Shown piece by piece: positions 10,101 through 20,547 of a stretch of 64,000 bases of DNA. The notes below the pieces were generated by a model, which saw nothing but the letters and a program-made list of their open reading frames with translations, did no database searches and was not told the DNA's origin. How positions within the stretch are numbered: the first letter of the stretch is position 1; every line of letters begins with the position of its first letter. Where the stretch lies: assembly GCA_965644495.1 (NCBI GenBank), contig CBFFSA010000001.1, positions 3,844,001-3,908,000 on the forward strand. Reading direction: 5' to 3'. A program made the translations under genes and the position numbers. Source of the stretch: Perkinsela sp. CCAP 1560/9 (taxonomy: Eukaryota > Protista > Euglenozoa: Kinetoplastea).

Positions 10101-12763
10101 TCAAGGAAACCAAAAAAGGTGAAAGGGTTTATCATGCGGAGGCCACCGCACAGCGGCAAACACTCGAACAACGCCGGGCACTGAAACGCTTTAACAGAAA
10201 CCCATGGACCGCCGCTAGCGAAACATTGGACAAACCTATCGGTCTTGAAGCCCCAGCCTCCTATCCTACATGCGATGTGCACAGCGTGGAAAAGCACTTT
10301 GGTGATACACTTTCTGCTCCTTCAGAGGAATACCACATTCCTCCGTCTGACTCGCTTGGGACCCGTCCTCTTGTCGACATGTCATGGGAAGAGCTGACCC
10401 CGACCGAAATATCCGACGCTCTAATCTCGAAAAGGAATGGCAGTGCCCCAGGTCAAGACACCATCACATATACCATCCTAAAACGGTGTCACAGCGTACA
10501 CTCACACATCGCTACAGTCTTCAACGCGTTGCTCAAGTATCGCACTTGCCCACCTTCCTGGAAATGCTCTGTTACCCGCCTAATTCATAAAAATGGAGCT
10601 CACGATCAACCCCAAAACTGGCGCCCCATCAGTCTCATCAGTGTTCTAGCTAAGCTTCTCCATTCGATCATAAGTCGCAAAATAAACCGCCATCTGGTCG
10701 AGGCAGCAGTAATTGATCCATCAATCCAAAAGGGTTTCCTACCGGCCATCAACGGGACACTGGAACACACTCAGACGCTGGATGCAATCTTGCAGCACTA
10801 CAGAAAGAACAAGCTCCAATACTGCTTAGCCCAACTGGACCTATCCAACGCATTCGGTTCAGTCCCACACAATGTTATATTTGAGGCGATGCAATGGGCC
10901 AAGATCTCCCCGACTCTCCTCGGGTACATCAGTAGTTTATATAACGGAGCGTCTACGCAAATAAAGTGTTATGAAGGTCTCTCCTCTACAATTCCTGTGC
11001 AACGTGGGGTACTCCAAGGCGACACCCTCTCCCCGTCTATATTCCTTATCGTCATGGAAGTAGTACTGCGTTATATGACACTTAACTTTCCCGCGTACGG
11101 ACTCGATCTGCCAGGCAATGCGAAATGCTTTATAAAGGCCTACGCTGACGATCTCACTGTCCTCACCAGCAACCCGAAGGAGTCACAAATCGCACTTGGA
11201 GCCCTATCCTCAATCCTCCGCAAAATAGGTTTATCTATAAACGTGAAAAAGAGTAGGGTACAATGCATGGCCGTGCGACCGGACGATGAACACCCAGGTT
11301 ACATGACACGCCGTCCACAAATTCTGGTCAATCACATTCCCATTCCCCAAATCTGTGATGCAGGTAGCACCTTTCTGGGCATGACCATCGCCCCTGGAGC
11401 ACAACAGTCCCGTGCGCTGTTCATGAAGCTACGTCCTCTCATTAATTCATGGCTCAGAAATATCGATAAGAGCGCCCACGACCTCCCTTCGCGACTATGG
11501 ATATATCAGCATGCCATTATCTCCCGCTTGCGCTTCTCGCTTACGATCCACCCGTGCATCACTATGAACTTTGTCCTCCGACTCCAGAAACTCTGTACCA
11601 ACTTCCTGCGGCGTTGGATTAACGTGGCGCGTGGCTCTAGTCCCGAAGCAATTTATTCATCGCGCGGCTGGGGACTGAGGAGCCTGTCGCAACTGTGGCA
11701 TGAATGTACTGCAGACCTTATGTGCCAGTTAAAGAAATCCAAAGATCCGGCTGCCGCAGCTGTGCTTCGGAACAAAATACGGGAAGAAGAGGAGAGACGC
11801 TTGAAAGGACAAATACGGCCCGCAACTCACATAACGCACTGCTTGAACGACCGATCTCGCGCCAGGAAAACTCTCATTGACCTGAACGAGGAGCGTATGA
11901 TTAACGCTCTGCGACGCCGCACCACGGTTGCCATACAGTGGTGGGACACGAACACGGAGGAAGATCAGGCGAAAGATTTTGCAGCTGCCATTAACGGCCT
12001 TAGGAGCACTTCACTGAGCAGATTCGCTACACATGTGATGGTCCAAGCCCCACTTCCTACCCGGACCATGCTCAGAACATGGGGGAAGAATGGTGCAAAT
12101 AGTGTGTCTTGCCGTATCTGCAACTCAGCACCCGAAACCTTAAGGCACCTGCTCTCAGGTTGCAGGACATCCTTAGACCAAGGACGCTACACGTATCGAC
12201 ATGACAGAGTGTTGAGCGTCCTTGCGAACGCGATCGTCGGCTCCCCCAACACCTCCTGGGCCTCATTCGACCTCGAGGGCCTCCGTAACCTCCCAAGTTG
12301 GTGGGCAGACCTAGAAACCACTCTGCGTCCAGATGGCCTGGTCAGGCTTCACGATGGAACTGAATTTATCGTTGAACTGACCGTACCCTGGGAAGACAAC
12401 ATCGCGGAGGCACACTGCCGCAAAACGGAAAAATATCAGAATATATTGCATCGCCGCAGGATGGATCACCCGAACACACATCTGCTGTGTATGGAGGTGG
12501 GTGTAAGAGGATTGCCGGCTTCCTCTCTTCGGCAGGTAGCCCGCCTTTTTGGGAGTGACAAAGGGCTGTCCACGGAATGCCAACTTGAAGCCATACGCGA
12601 AGCAATTCGTAGTAGCTTTGTTATTTGGCTAAACCGGGAATCACCCGACTGGAAAGGGGGCGGCTAGGCTAGTAAAACAGCCTATGCGGGGTCGTCGTAT
12701 GCGACCGTAGCATAGGTAGAAATTTACCTCTGCAGATCTAAATATGATTCTGCATTGAATAAA
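7134..12763 (+). mobile_element. full-length non-LTR retrotransposon, R2 group (RT + restriction-like endonuclease; HERO/NeSL/R4-like C-terminus)
   Basis: Bounded by the two LRR halves; single long ORF; short structured 3' UTR ending TTGAATAAA; no obvious TSD. Confidence 0.9.
7190..12667 (+). CDS. retrotransposon polyprotein: 5 Cys/His fingers - RT - CCHC - PD-(D/E)xK endonuclease
   Basis: NWRPISL, QKGF, DLSNAFGSV, GVLQGDTLSP, YADD; CRIC..ETLRHLLSGC, YTYRHDRVL, RPDGLV, ELTVPWE, KTEKY, EVGVRG; first ATG at 7190. Confidence 0.95.
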   Translation: MTSPHARSGEISQALQDSHKRLGNVTSRSATSLTGAEREAKEHAAQHANSYRVSSKAPMRGSLKTNTEKKETAINTTRRCKHTCKEKTKCGHPCCKTAPNPPSTQPLNISQCKHPCKDKSLCGHPCCKRHLLPTCVPEDSTTHVSQGNTVTDVTRRTETNTMSSEAPSSEGVKDVPEPIAPCKHICKDKANCGHPCCKRHLHTTCTSAGSAPRLDPQSSTRDNGSQNLAGDSGGFMVKVLRHLTKPIFQCAGKPQTAQNSSNTEVFSPSGRSTSEGSNHYERSRKHVEGEMSAKRKLIAPGIARSNSDNPATTHANRADQREASKVPTFRKSPSSPPEGKQHTISSTAINLAYELCKGLLGIPPPEARAKPPPLRKMTPKTVNRGSQLSPKREPPEFAIEKLQEGPTLRLSARQPEPEPQNPYNLPCKHPCKDKTTCGHLCCKRGLTPGITTSSPARISSSDTEKHPPDRITDEPYRDHPSSTPEHDAGVDTSDNSKAEKVPYLPAPLSPPQNLSIVPESWNVSFTPSPTRRGVEKLLINRIKSPHHTDDSEGLLTEPPFPLCTADDEVPEWVFEKVPHDVPSGNSGVPVERRRSTEKGKQCLHFIQSRSKPLKLRLASAQEWLYFPDVRAACESQITRSRISSLQGAQAAISKALNSGNPTHDIIVRGCSVEELMDHGACDFITIHKVGSPDKSSRHSSWVSLYQDAALKLSDYYSSPGTLSKAVLKRLNGSEIPGLADYVITLHRHTPIDETPPVLEAIPELPAYRIADPPSRVPSLQSFAQPCRHTCRDKLGCAHRCCKVFGPAAPPTAGSTAAETSSAQESKVPRSAVPPDLQEYKEQDLDYLLRTARYIQGGKICINLTDAQWHDVETKALKRCALLTPEQDIDSAVRNAELLSSILSVSTYEVARDVNPTKGFLIRTKKGHAKTRCRPLESEKIASSFSRHLKELQTKLRYTHGKADRNALKRTIKETKKGERVYHAEATAQRQTLEQRRALKRFNRNPWTAASETLDKPIGLEAPASYPTCDVHSVEKHFGDTLSAPSEEYHIPPSDSLGTRPLVDMSWEELTPTEISDALISKRNGSAPGQDTITYTILKRCHSVHSHIATVFNALLKYRTCPPSWKCSVTRLIHKNGAHDQPQNWRPISLISVLAKLLHSIISRKINRHLVEAAVIDPSIQKGFLPAINGTLEHTQTLDAILQHYRKNKLQYCLAQLDLSNAFGSVPHNVIFEAMQWAKISPTLLGYISSLYNGASTQIKCYEGLSSTIPVQRGVLQGDTLSPSIFLIVMEVVLRYMTLNFPAYGLDLPGNAKCFIKAYADDLTVLTSNPKESQIALGALSSILRKIGLSINVKKSRVQCMAVRPDDEHPGYMTRRPQILVNHIPIPQICDAGSTFLGMTIAPGAQQSRALFMKLRPLINSWLRNIDKSAHDLPSRLWIYQHAIISRLRFSLTIHPCITMNFVLRLQKLCTNFLRRWINVARGSSPEAIYSSRGWGLRSLSQLWHECTADLMCQLKKSKDPAAAAVLRNKIREEEERRLKGQIRPATHITHCLNDRSRARKTLIDLNEERMINALRRRTTVAIQWWDTNTEEDQAKDFAAAINGLRSTSLSRFATHVMVQAPLPTRTMLRTWGKNGANSVSCRICNSAPETLRHLLSGCRTSLDQGRYTYRHDRVLSVLANAIVGSPNTSWASFDLEGLRNLPSWWADLETTLRPDGLVRLHDGTEFIVELTVPWEDNIAEAHCRKTEKYQNILHRRRMDHPNTHLLCMEVGVRGLPASSLRQVARLFGSDKGLSTECQLEAIREAIRSSFVIWLNRESPDWKGGG

Positions 12764-13164
12764 CACCTGTCGGGTAATAAATTTACAGGATCGCTCGAGT
12801 TGCAACATTTGCCACCTTCCTTAACGAAATTTTGTTGCCAAAACAATTGTTTCTCCGGATTCGTTGAATTCGGTCGGCTTCCTTGGAAATTAGATTCCCT
12901 GCGGATCTCCGACAACGCTGAACTCTATGGGGAAATACCTAAATCTCTTCTCTTGAACACGGATGTTCGCTTTGCGCATACCAAAGTACGTTTGAAGAAT
13001 CTGTGAAGTATATCAGCTGAAAGGAACACGTCTGAACAAAATTTACCACTTATATGAGTGTCAAATATCAATGGTAGATACAGTGTTTGATACAGGGTTC
13101 GAAAAACAAGATTTGTTTTTTCAAACAAGAGTTGAGCCAAATCAGTAATGTATTTATTCATTTA

Positions 13165-14135
13165 ATGTGACCCCCCCTTTAATGCGGACCCCCCTGATCC
13201 CCCCCTTTAATACGGAATTTTTTGAAGTTTTTTGGAAGGAAATTTTTCGATTTTTATTTTTTAGATTTTCATTGTTCGAGAGCACGACTCAAAGGGATGT
13301 TTGTCAGCCGAGTGATCGCTTTTGCCCCAAGTCCACTCTTCGTTGAGATCAGTAGCCGGCTACAGAAGTGATACCGTATAAGACTTTAAAAACCTGGTTT
13401 GCGGTGCGCCCATGTGCGGCCGTCAGAAGAGGTCCCCAAAAATAAGTTTTACCGCGGCACTTTATATCGAACCAATGATCTTCCTTAAGAGTACGTACCC
13501 GTGGCTCATTGACCTTGTCTACCCATTTAGGGTAAAAGAAGAACACTCGCTCTCGCGCAACCGCCCTCACCCCGCCCAAATCCCCCTCCCCCCTTGAGCC
13601 ACCCTCCCGAGCCAAATCCTTGTTACTGGGGGGTCTATTACTGGTGGGTCTACGGTATGTCGGAAAAAGGCGACTCAAAAAAATCGAACTTTTTACTTCC
13701 TGAAGGAAACGTCTCATTATCCTGTAAATGGTGTTACAGGATAACATACCCCCCGGTATGTTATCTTGTTACAGATATCTTGCTACAGGTATGTTAACTT
13801 TTATGCCATCATTGTTTTGAAGAATATGATTACCAAACTTAAAAAAAGTTAACGTTCCTGTAGCTACTTAACACTCTCCCCGGAATGTTAAACCGGACTG
13901 TGGTTTAGTATCTCCCTCGTCCACTTTAGTCTGGTTGTGCTCGTAAAATTTATTTCCCCTACAGATCACCCCCCTTCACCAATTTCATCAAAAAAAACAG
14001 GCGCCGCAAAGCGGCGCGAAACTTTTTTTGTCGCTTTTTTTAGCTTAAAAACAGGGTCATTTTCTTATCTTTAGTACCCCCCCTTTAATACGGACAATGT
14101 CCAAAAATCTGTCCGTATTAAAGGGGGGGTCACAG
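13165..14135. mobile_element. non-autonomous TIR element (same ends as the pogo-like remnant at 42331)
   Basis: TGTGA-C-run-TTTAAT(G)CGGAC ... GTCCGTATTAAA-G-run-TCACAG followed by TA. Confidence 0.75.
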
Positions 14136-14429
14136 TATCAAAATTAATTTTTAAAAGAAGTTTTTAAAGTAGTTTACGCGCTATATTCTATAAAATATTT
14201 AGTCCGTATTTCATACATTTTAAAAAAATGTTTTGCGACAAAGTGGAATCTTGACAATCGATCTCAATTAAACAAAAACTTATCCTTCTTATTGAGAAAC
14301 ATTATTGGGATCGCATTACTTAAACGAGTTTATTATTACATTACCTGTAACATTTTGTTTTCAATTTTCATTCACTTTTCTCCAGCACCATGTCTAGGAA
14401 GTCTGTCCGAGGTGAACTTTCACTGTTTT

Positions 14430-15265
14430 CATCTTCGCTTACAGTAAGCGAAGCATATCCTAATTTGTCCATGTTTCTACGAATGAAAAGCTGCTGTGCA
14501 ATTACTTATGGAGCCAAGGAAGCTGGGCGCGAGTTGTACATGTACCCCAACGTAGACAGCCACAAGTCGCACTTTGTGACGACAGGTGGAGTCCAAATAT
14601 AATGTTGTGGTGCGACAAAAACGAAGGGAAACATGTTACGACCCACTGATGTCCACCAATCATAGTCGTTTTTGTGATTCATGGGGTTCCACTCATAGTC
14701 CCGACAAGCCACATACTCATTCCATTCTTTTGCAGATATTGAAAACAGAGGTTTTCAAAAACGGAAACTCTATGTCTCAGCGATAGCCTGCTGAGCCGAT
14801 GCATCACACAATCATGTGCAACATACCTTTCGACAGGCTTCAAGTTTTTAGTTAGAAATTCCATGGAGGTAAATTTATTCACGCAACACCGAGTTACCCC
14901 TCAAGCTTTGGTGTGACGACAACACGAGCCGTTCGCGCCTTTTCTAAGGCAGAAGCAGTACTTTGCAATTACATCTCGTTTCGCCTCGAACTTTTCTATA
15001 CCTTCAAGTTTGTCGCATACAGTGGCTACTTCATCCGGAATCACACTTCTCGGAGTTAACAAGCACTCTAGTAGCTGTGATTCAAGATTCTTCAACCAAG
15101 ACACAGGACAGCTTTCTCGAAGGCCAAGGTACGACTGGCGAAACACTGTTTCGGCGTTCGTAACGTTGTTTTCAAAACGAGCGAGCGATTATGACATACA
15201 AAATATTTCTAAAATCGGACAAAATGCAGGACCTGTCGGGGGGTAAAAGAGGCTGAACACCACTT
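14430..15265 (-). mobile_element. decayed hAT-like transposase C-terminus
   Basis: DWWTSVGRNMFP..HYIWTPP..LSTLGY..RPASL..LFIRRN resembles the hAT dimerisation domain; CAGTGGTG-like end near 15265. Confidence 0.45.
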
Positions 15266-15699
15266 CATTTTATAACTGTACTCCAACAGCTGCGAATGGT
15301 AGGAAATTTCTGCCCAGACTGTGAACAATGACTTATTCGTATGACCGTAAATGACAAGTTCTTATGACTTATGACAAGACCGTAAAATTGCGATACCGGA
15401 TGCGTACAATACCGAAATCAGCAGTTTAAAAAATGGGTGCATTTTCATGTCACTTGACCCATTCCTTATTACCTTTTCGATCTCCTATTTGTTTCCTAAA
15501 TTTATACAATCTATTCTACAATGGGTAGACGGACTCAAAACGTCAAAACAGGAAAATATATTCGACGCGTATTAGCGACCGTCATAGAGTGGAATAAGTT
15601 TCGTCGTACAGGCCTGGTACGTGTCCTCGATCCCCAGCCTAATTTTTTCTCACACACCATTAAATCTACCTCTCTCGCCCAACCTCGCTTACAAAACTC

Positions 15700-16318
15700 C
15701 AACCCGAATGTTACCTACTACGACAGTCACCCTTCCCACCACACCACACAACCCTTTCTCGCCTCCACCCTACCCTACTCCTCTCAACCCACCCCCCAAC
15801 ACCCTCTTCTCTCCCCCACAAACGCTCCCCCCTCCCTAACCCCCCACACCCCTTCTCCCCCTCATCGAACCCCTCCCCGCCCTAACCCCCACCGTCCCCC
15901 ACCCTCTTTTTCCCCCTCCCCCTCCCCCCTCCCCACGACCCCTACGGTCGCCTCTTCTTCTCCTCCCTCTTCTTTCTCTTCTCCGCCCCCTCCCCTCACC
16001 CCCACCCCCTCCCCCCATGCCTCCCCCTCCCTGCTGCTCCCCCTGCTCCCCTCCCACATCGCCCACCACGGCCCCCTCCCCGCGCTCCGTGTCGGCATGA
16101 CGCTGGAGCTCACCCCGGACTACGACCCCGGGGCGGGGCGCGCGGTGGCCACCGCCGTGTCCCTCCCCGGGGGGGGCCCGCTGCCCGGGACCAGCCACGA
16201 CCCCTGCGTGGGCTCGGGCCCGCGGGTACGCGACCCGCTGAGCTACCCCGCCCGGCACTACGGTACCCCCCCACCGCCGTGGAGGTATGTGGGGAGGAGT
16301 GAGGACGTGGATGTGTGA
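15700..16318 (+). CDS. GC-rich gene with cold-shock-domain-like C-terminal half (start uncertain)
   Basis: SHIAHHGPLPALRVGMTLEL..GRAVATAVSLPGGGPLPG resembles the second half of a CSD; the N-terminal part is C-run low complexity. Confidence 0.4.
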
Positions 16319-16448
16319 GGAAAGGGGGCGAGGGGGGAGGGGAGATACCCCTGCACACCATACCCATACGGTATGTACCCCTATTGTTGTATAATACCTT
16401 TTTGTATAATCTACCTTTAATAAATAATATACCTTTGTTGTATAATTA

Positions 16449-16557
16449 TTTTTTAGGCTCTTCGTTAAACGCGGTGGTTGTTTTCAACTTAGAAGTCACT
16501 CATGCTGCGCGCTTCGCGTTGAAAACTACCACCGCGTTTAACGAAGAGCCTAAAAAA
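16449..16557. repeat. short foldback element (~40-bp inverted arms)
   Basis: TTTTTTAGGCTCTTCGTTAAACGCGGTGG...CCACCGCGTTTAACGAAGAGCCTAAAAAA; diverged copy at ~61663-61766, half copy at ~35060. Confidence 0.75.
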
Positions 16558-17075
16558 GAAAATTTGGCCCGGAAAGCTGGAGAAAACGGAAAGATTATAG
16601 CCAAAAATAGTCCATTTTCGGGTAAAAATGGGATGATTTTTGCGTATTTTTGCTCTCAGAGCACTAAATCTGATATTTGCGCGTGGGAAATCACTCGTAG
16701 TCATGAATGAAAGCCTATCTAACGTATTGGATAGAGAATGCGACTCCAACCACACCATTCTTTCGACACAAAAAGGCCCCTTGGGGTCCGAAAAATACTT
16801 TTTCACCTTTTTTAGTCAAAAATGGGTCATTTTGAGGGGCGCACCATGGCTCGCATAATGTATATCTTGCGAAAACAACGGTGCGGAAAGCTAGTATACG
16901 TCCCAAACTATCAAAATACGGTTAAACTGAAGCAAAGTTAGCATTTTTCATATTTTTTGATATTTCCGATGAATCCTGGCTCTACTTCGAAGCTACTCTC
17001 TTCCAATACAATGAATTTAAATTGATTTCTTTCTTACTTCAATATCTTAATACTTTCTTGCATAACTCTGCGAAC

Positions 17076-18000
17076 TTAAAGATGAATACAAGTGCAATGA
17101 GTCTGCAAGTTCTCGAGGATTCTCAGCATGACATCCCCGCCGTTCCTCTTCAAACTTCCGTTCCATTTTTCAGCAATTGCTTGAACTCGGTCTGATCTTT
17201 TCCCTGGCTTGCTCCCCAAAATATTTCCTTCACGCTTCAAACGCTTCTTAGCCATAAAGCTAGCACATTCGACAGTGTTTGTATGTACCCCGTCTGGGGT
17301 GACCCATTGCTGACGATGATTTACACTTCGCCACTCGTACTTGGACCGAAATTTTAGATTATGACGGGCGCCAAGAAGCGGACGGGTGCTATGAAGAAGC
17401 AGGTTCATCAATTTTTTGAACGAGCGTTGGTACACCACCACTTTGCGCCAATGAGCTTCATGTGTTGGGGTGACTTGTGTACATTCCTGTAGCACACAAC
17501 TTTCTGGGCTACCAGCTTGTGGCTTTTCATCCATTCGGCACATTCCTGCTCGGTCCAAAGTGCAACTTTGCTTACACCCCCGCCAAAAAGTATTGTTCAC
17601 AAAAATGGCCGACACAAAAAGTATTGTATTTATTAGTATCGACCATTTTTTTGAGTTTTGACCAGAATTTTAGTTGCTTTTTTCGAATTTTCAGGAAATT
17701 AGCATAATGAGTTCTGATATACGCGGCCACTTGATCTCTAGGGAAGCTGAGTGATTTCTCTCCTATTTTTATGCTTCACTATACGTTTACACAGAACCGA
17801 TATGATAATGTCCAACTTTTTGGAGGCCAGTGGCAACTCGTGGAAATCGACAAAAAGTATTGTATTTATTAGTATCGACCAAAAATTCGTGGTCGATACT
17901 AATAAATTACAATACTTTTTGGCGGGGGTGTAATGTGAGGCCACCCCGACAATAAAACCCAGCACACCCTTGACAAGGCATAACAAAATCACGAAAAATC
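17076..18000 (-). mobile_element. Merlin/ISXO2-like transposase remnant, interrupted by a MITE
   Basis: WRSVNHRQQWVTPDGVHTNTVE motif. Confidence 0.65.
17575..17930. mobile_element. MITE with TA TSD
   Basis: TIR CACCCCCGCCAAAAAGTATTGT / ACAATACTTTTTGGCGGGGGTG, TA on both sides. Confidence 0.85.
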
Positions 18001-18426
18001 CAAAAATCAACCTACCGTTACCCCCCCTTACTTCACCTCCCCCCTTACTTCACCACATTTAGCCACTCCGTATGTGGTGAAGTAAGGGGGGTGTCAGAAT
18101 TTTCCCCCGATTCCTACTCTGTGATGATAGTTAACCCAGGTCAGAAATTGTAAATTTTCATTGATTTCAATATTTATTCAATGCACGATGGCCCCACCAC
18201 TTCTATTCTTTAACGCGAGCCAAGTGACTCTATCCTCACCGTTGCCACACGAAACTGTTGCCGTACTGCCCTTCCCCGATGATACTTCAGCTACGCCATC
18301 CACCGCATTAATATTGAATGCATCTAACCAGCTTGCTGAGCAGCCGCGGAAGGTTCGGGTGGATCTTACCATACAGCAAAAAAAAACAACCTATGTGCTA
18401 GTATAGATGCCGGCAAGTCTGTAAGC

Positions 18427-19944
18427 GTGGCCGCCCGAGATTACAAGGTCGAGGTAAGCACGGTACATAGAGTTTATCGGAAAAAAGAAGATTGGTATAA
18501 ATTTACTCAACTTGGCTTCGGGAAATTGTTTCAGTATCATCCCCCCCGAGCAAAGAAAGAATTATATGAAAAAGGGTTGACGCAACTGCTTTTGCTACGC
18601 GGGTCTCTTTCGGCAGTCACGAAACCGACAATGTTGGGGTACTTTGCTGAAATTTCAGAGCACTTCTGTTCCCTTACCGACAAAGGAAAAGAAAAATTTT
18701 GGATTCGTTTTTGCACCTTCGCCAATATTTCGCGACGAAGAGTCAATGGAGCAACCCAAATGGTCCCAAAAGACATGGACGAGCGTATAGAAGCCTTTTT
18801 GAATATGATAGCTCTGCGAAATTGTGATCGCGGAGGATACGCTGTAATTGTAACAGGGGACGAGACCTGTGTTGTGTGGGAGCCCGTCAATGAAATCACA
18901 TACGACACTGAAGGGACAAAGCGTGTAAAGGTTTTAACTACAGGTAAGGAGAAGAAGACACTGACTGCGTGGTTTTGGGGCCGCTCTGCTACGAACCAAC
19001 GGCATGCAGAAAGCACGTGGGAGCATAAGGTGTTTCCTCCGCACTTAATTTGGGAAGCCCATTCAGATTCTGGGAAGGTTTCCAAAGAGGTGCTCCGGGC
19101 GGCAGAAAAGTACAATTGTACGGCAACAACGACAACAAGCGAGTGGAACACAGGAGGGTCATTTAAAAAATGGGCTGAAGCGGAATTCTTTGACAGAATG
19201 AAGTATCCTCCGCGGAAGACACTTATTATTTTGGATCTGTACGCTGCTCATCGGACAGCGGAATTATTATTGTTCTTTCGTGAGAGAGAAATCGATGTTC
19301 AATTCGTTCCAGGAGGTTGCACTTCCAAAGGACAGCTCATGGATATGGCCATCAACCAGCCTTTTAAAAAGTACTACAAGGAATGTTTTGCCTCCTGGCG
19401 TGCGTCGACGCATCATGAAATTGTCCGGCCAACGCGAAGTCTTATAACAAAATTTGCCACCCAGGCTCTGGCAAAAGTGAATTCAGAAGAATACGAAATC
19501 GAATTTAATAAGTTGCTTGTTCCAGCACTTACCAAAAATCTCGCACAGATTCCCATAGAATCCAGAGCCGAGCTCAGCCTCTCCTCAAGCGTTATCACGG
19601 AATCGATGGTGGATGCATCAGCCATCGCTTCACGCGTATCACAACTGAGCATTGTCGAGGAATCTCTTGAACCAAATCAGGTCCCTCGTCTGCCAACGCG
19701 CGTTCCTGTAAAAAATCGAATTAGTCCCACAATCGCAGCGAAAGCCATGAAGTCCGCGATAGAGTCAGCGCGTAACAGGAACTCAGCGCTTAACGCAACC
19801 CCAGTACAGGAGTGTTGTTATTGCACGCGAGTGAATTTAACTCTACGGGAGTGTAGTGAACCTGGGTGTTTAACGAAATTTCATCACATGTGTGCAATTG
19901 AAGAAAAGGGGGAAGAGAATGACAATTTCTGCGCAAAGCATTAA
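18427..19944 (+). mobile_element. pogo-like (DDE_1, DD35D) transposase, probably frameshifted at the 5' A-run near 18380
   Basis: TGDET, GKEKKTLT, LIILDLYAAH..VPGGCTSKGQLMD; Cys/His-rich tail; CCCCCCTTACTTCACC subterminal repeats at 18016-18092. Confidence 0.85.
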
Positions 19945-20238
19945 CGATGGCCGCAGGTCAGGGCCACTGCATATATTTTCGGCAGTGTTGGGGCTTAGCG
20001 CACCTCACCTTCCCCAGCTTTTTACGTCCACAGCACCATTTTTAATATTCGTCGTATCTAAGTTTTTCTGTGGTTTTACTTAGTGCCTTGCAAAGCCTCT
20101 ATAGGTATCATATTTTCTGTCTTCATTTTATGTATTTAAGCCCGCACATTAGAAAATAAATTTGGGCGTAGCGTATTTTCATGATGTTAGTTACTTTCTG
20201 TAGAAGTCAATGATCTTTTAATTCATTTTATAAAGTCA

Positions 20239-20547
20239 ATGATCTTTCCGAACTATGGCAAGCTTACTTCTTTGTGGTGGGAAAGTATGATCGCCAGATC
20301 GAGAACTTCCTCTTGCTTGAGGGGATACGTTTCTGTCGATGGGACCCATCTGCCTTTTTGGCCTGCGGATTCCCCGGATTTGAATCCGATTGAGAATTTA
20401 TTGTGCCGTCTCAAACAAATCAAAAATCAGGCGAACCCGTCCTCCATAAGAGAGATAGAAGAGAGCTGTGAAAAATATCTAAAAAGTAGTGACTCAAAGA
20501 AATTTTCCGAAAAATTGCATGCATCTTTCAAACGCAATACTTCTTGA
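20239..20547 (+). mobile_element. Tc1-like transposase C-terminal fragment
   Basis: WPADSPDLNPIENL. Confidence 0.7.

Larger units (their letters stand above)
6519..13006 (+). pseudogene. LRR family gene split by retrotransposon (6519-7133 + 12764-13006)
   Basis: Removing 7134-12763 restores an in-frame repeat ...LPASLTYL^HLSGNKFTG...; N-cap TPACEWKGTHC. Confidence 0.9.

Noticed and set aside
7154-12667. Diversity-generating retroelement or group II intron acting on LRRs
   Set aside because: The RT is non-LTR type with a C-terminal RLE; no TR/VR pair with adenine-specific differences and no group II termini were seen.
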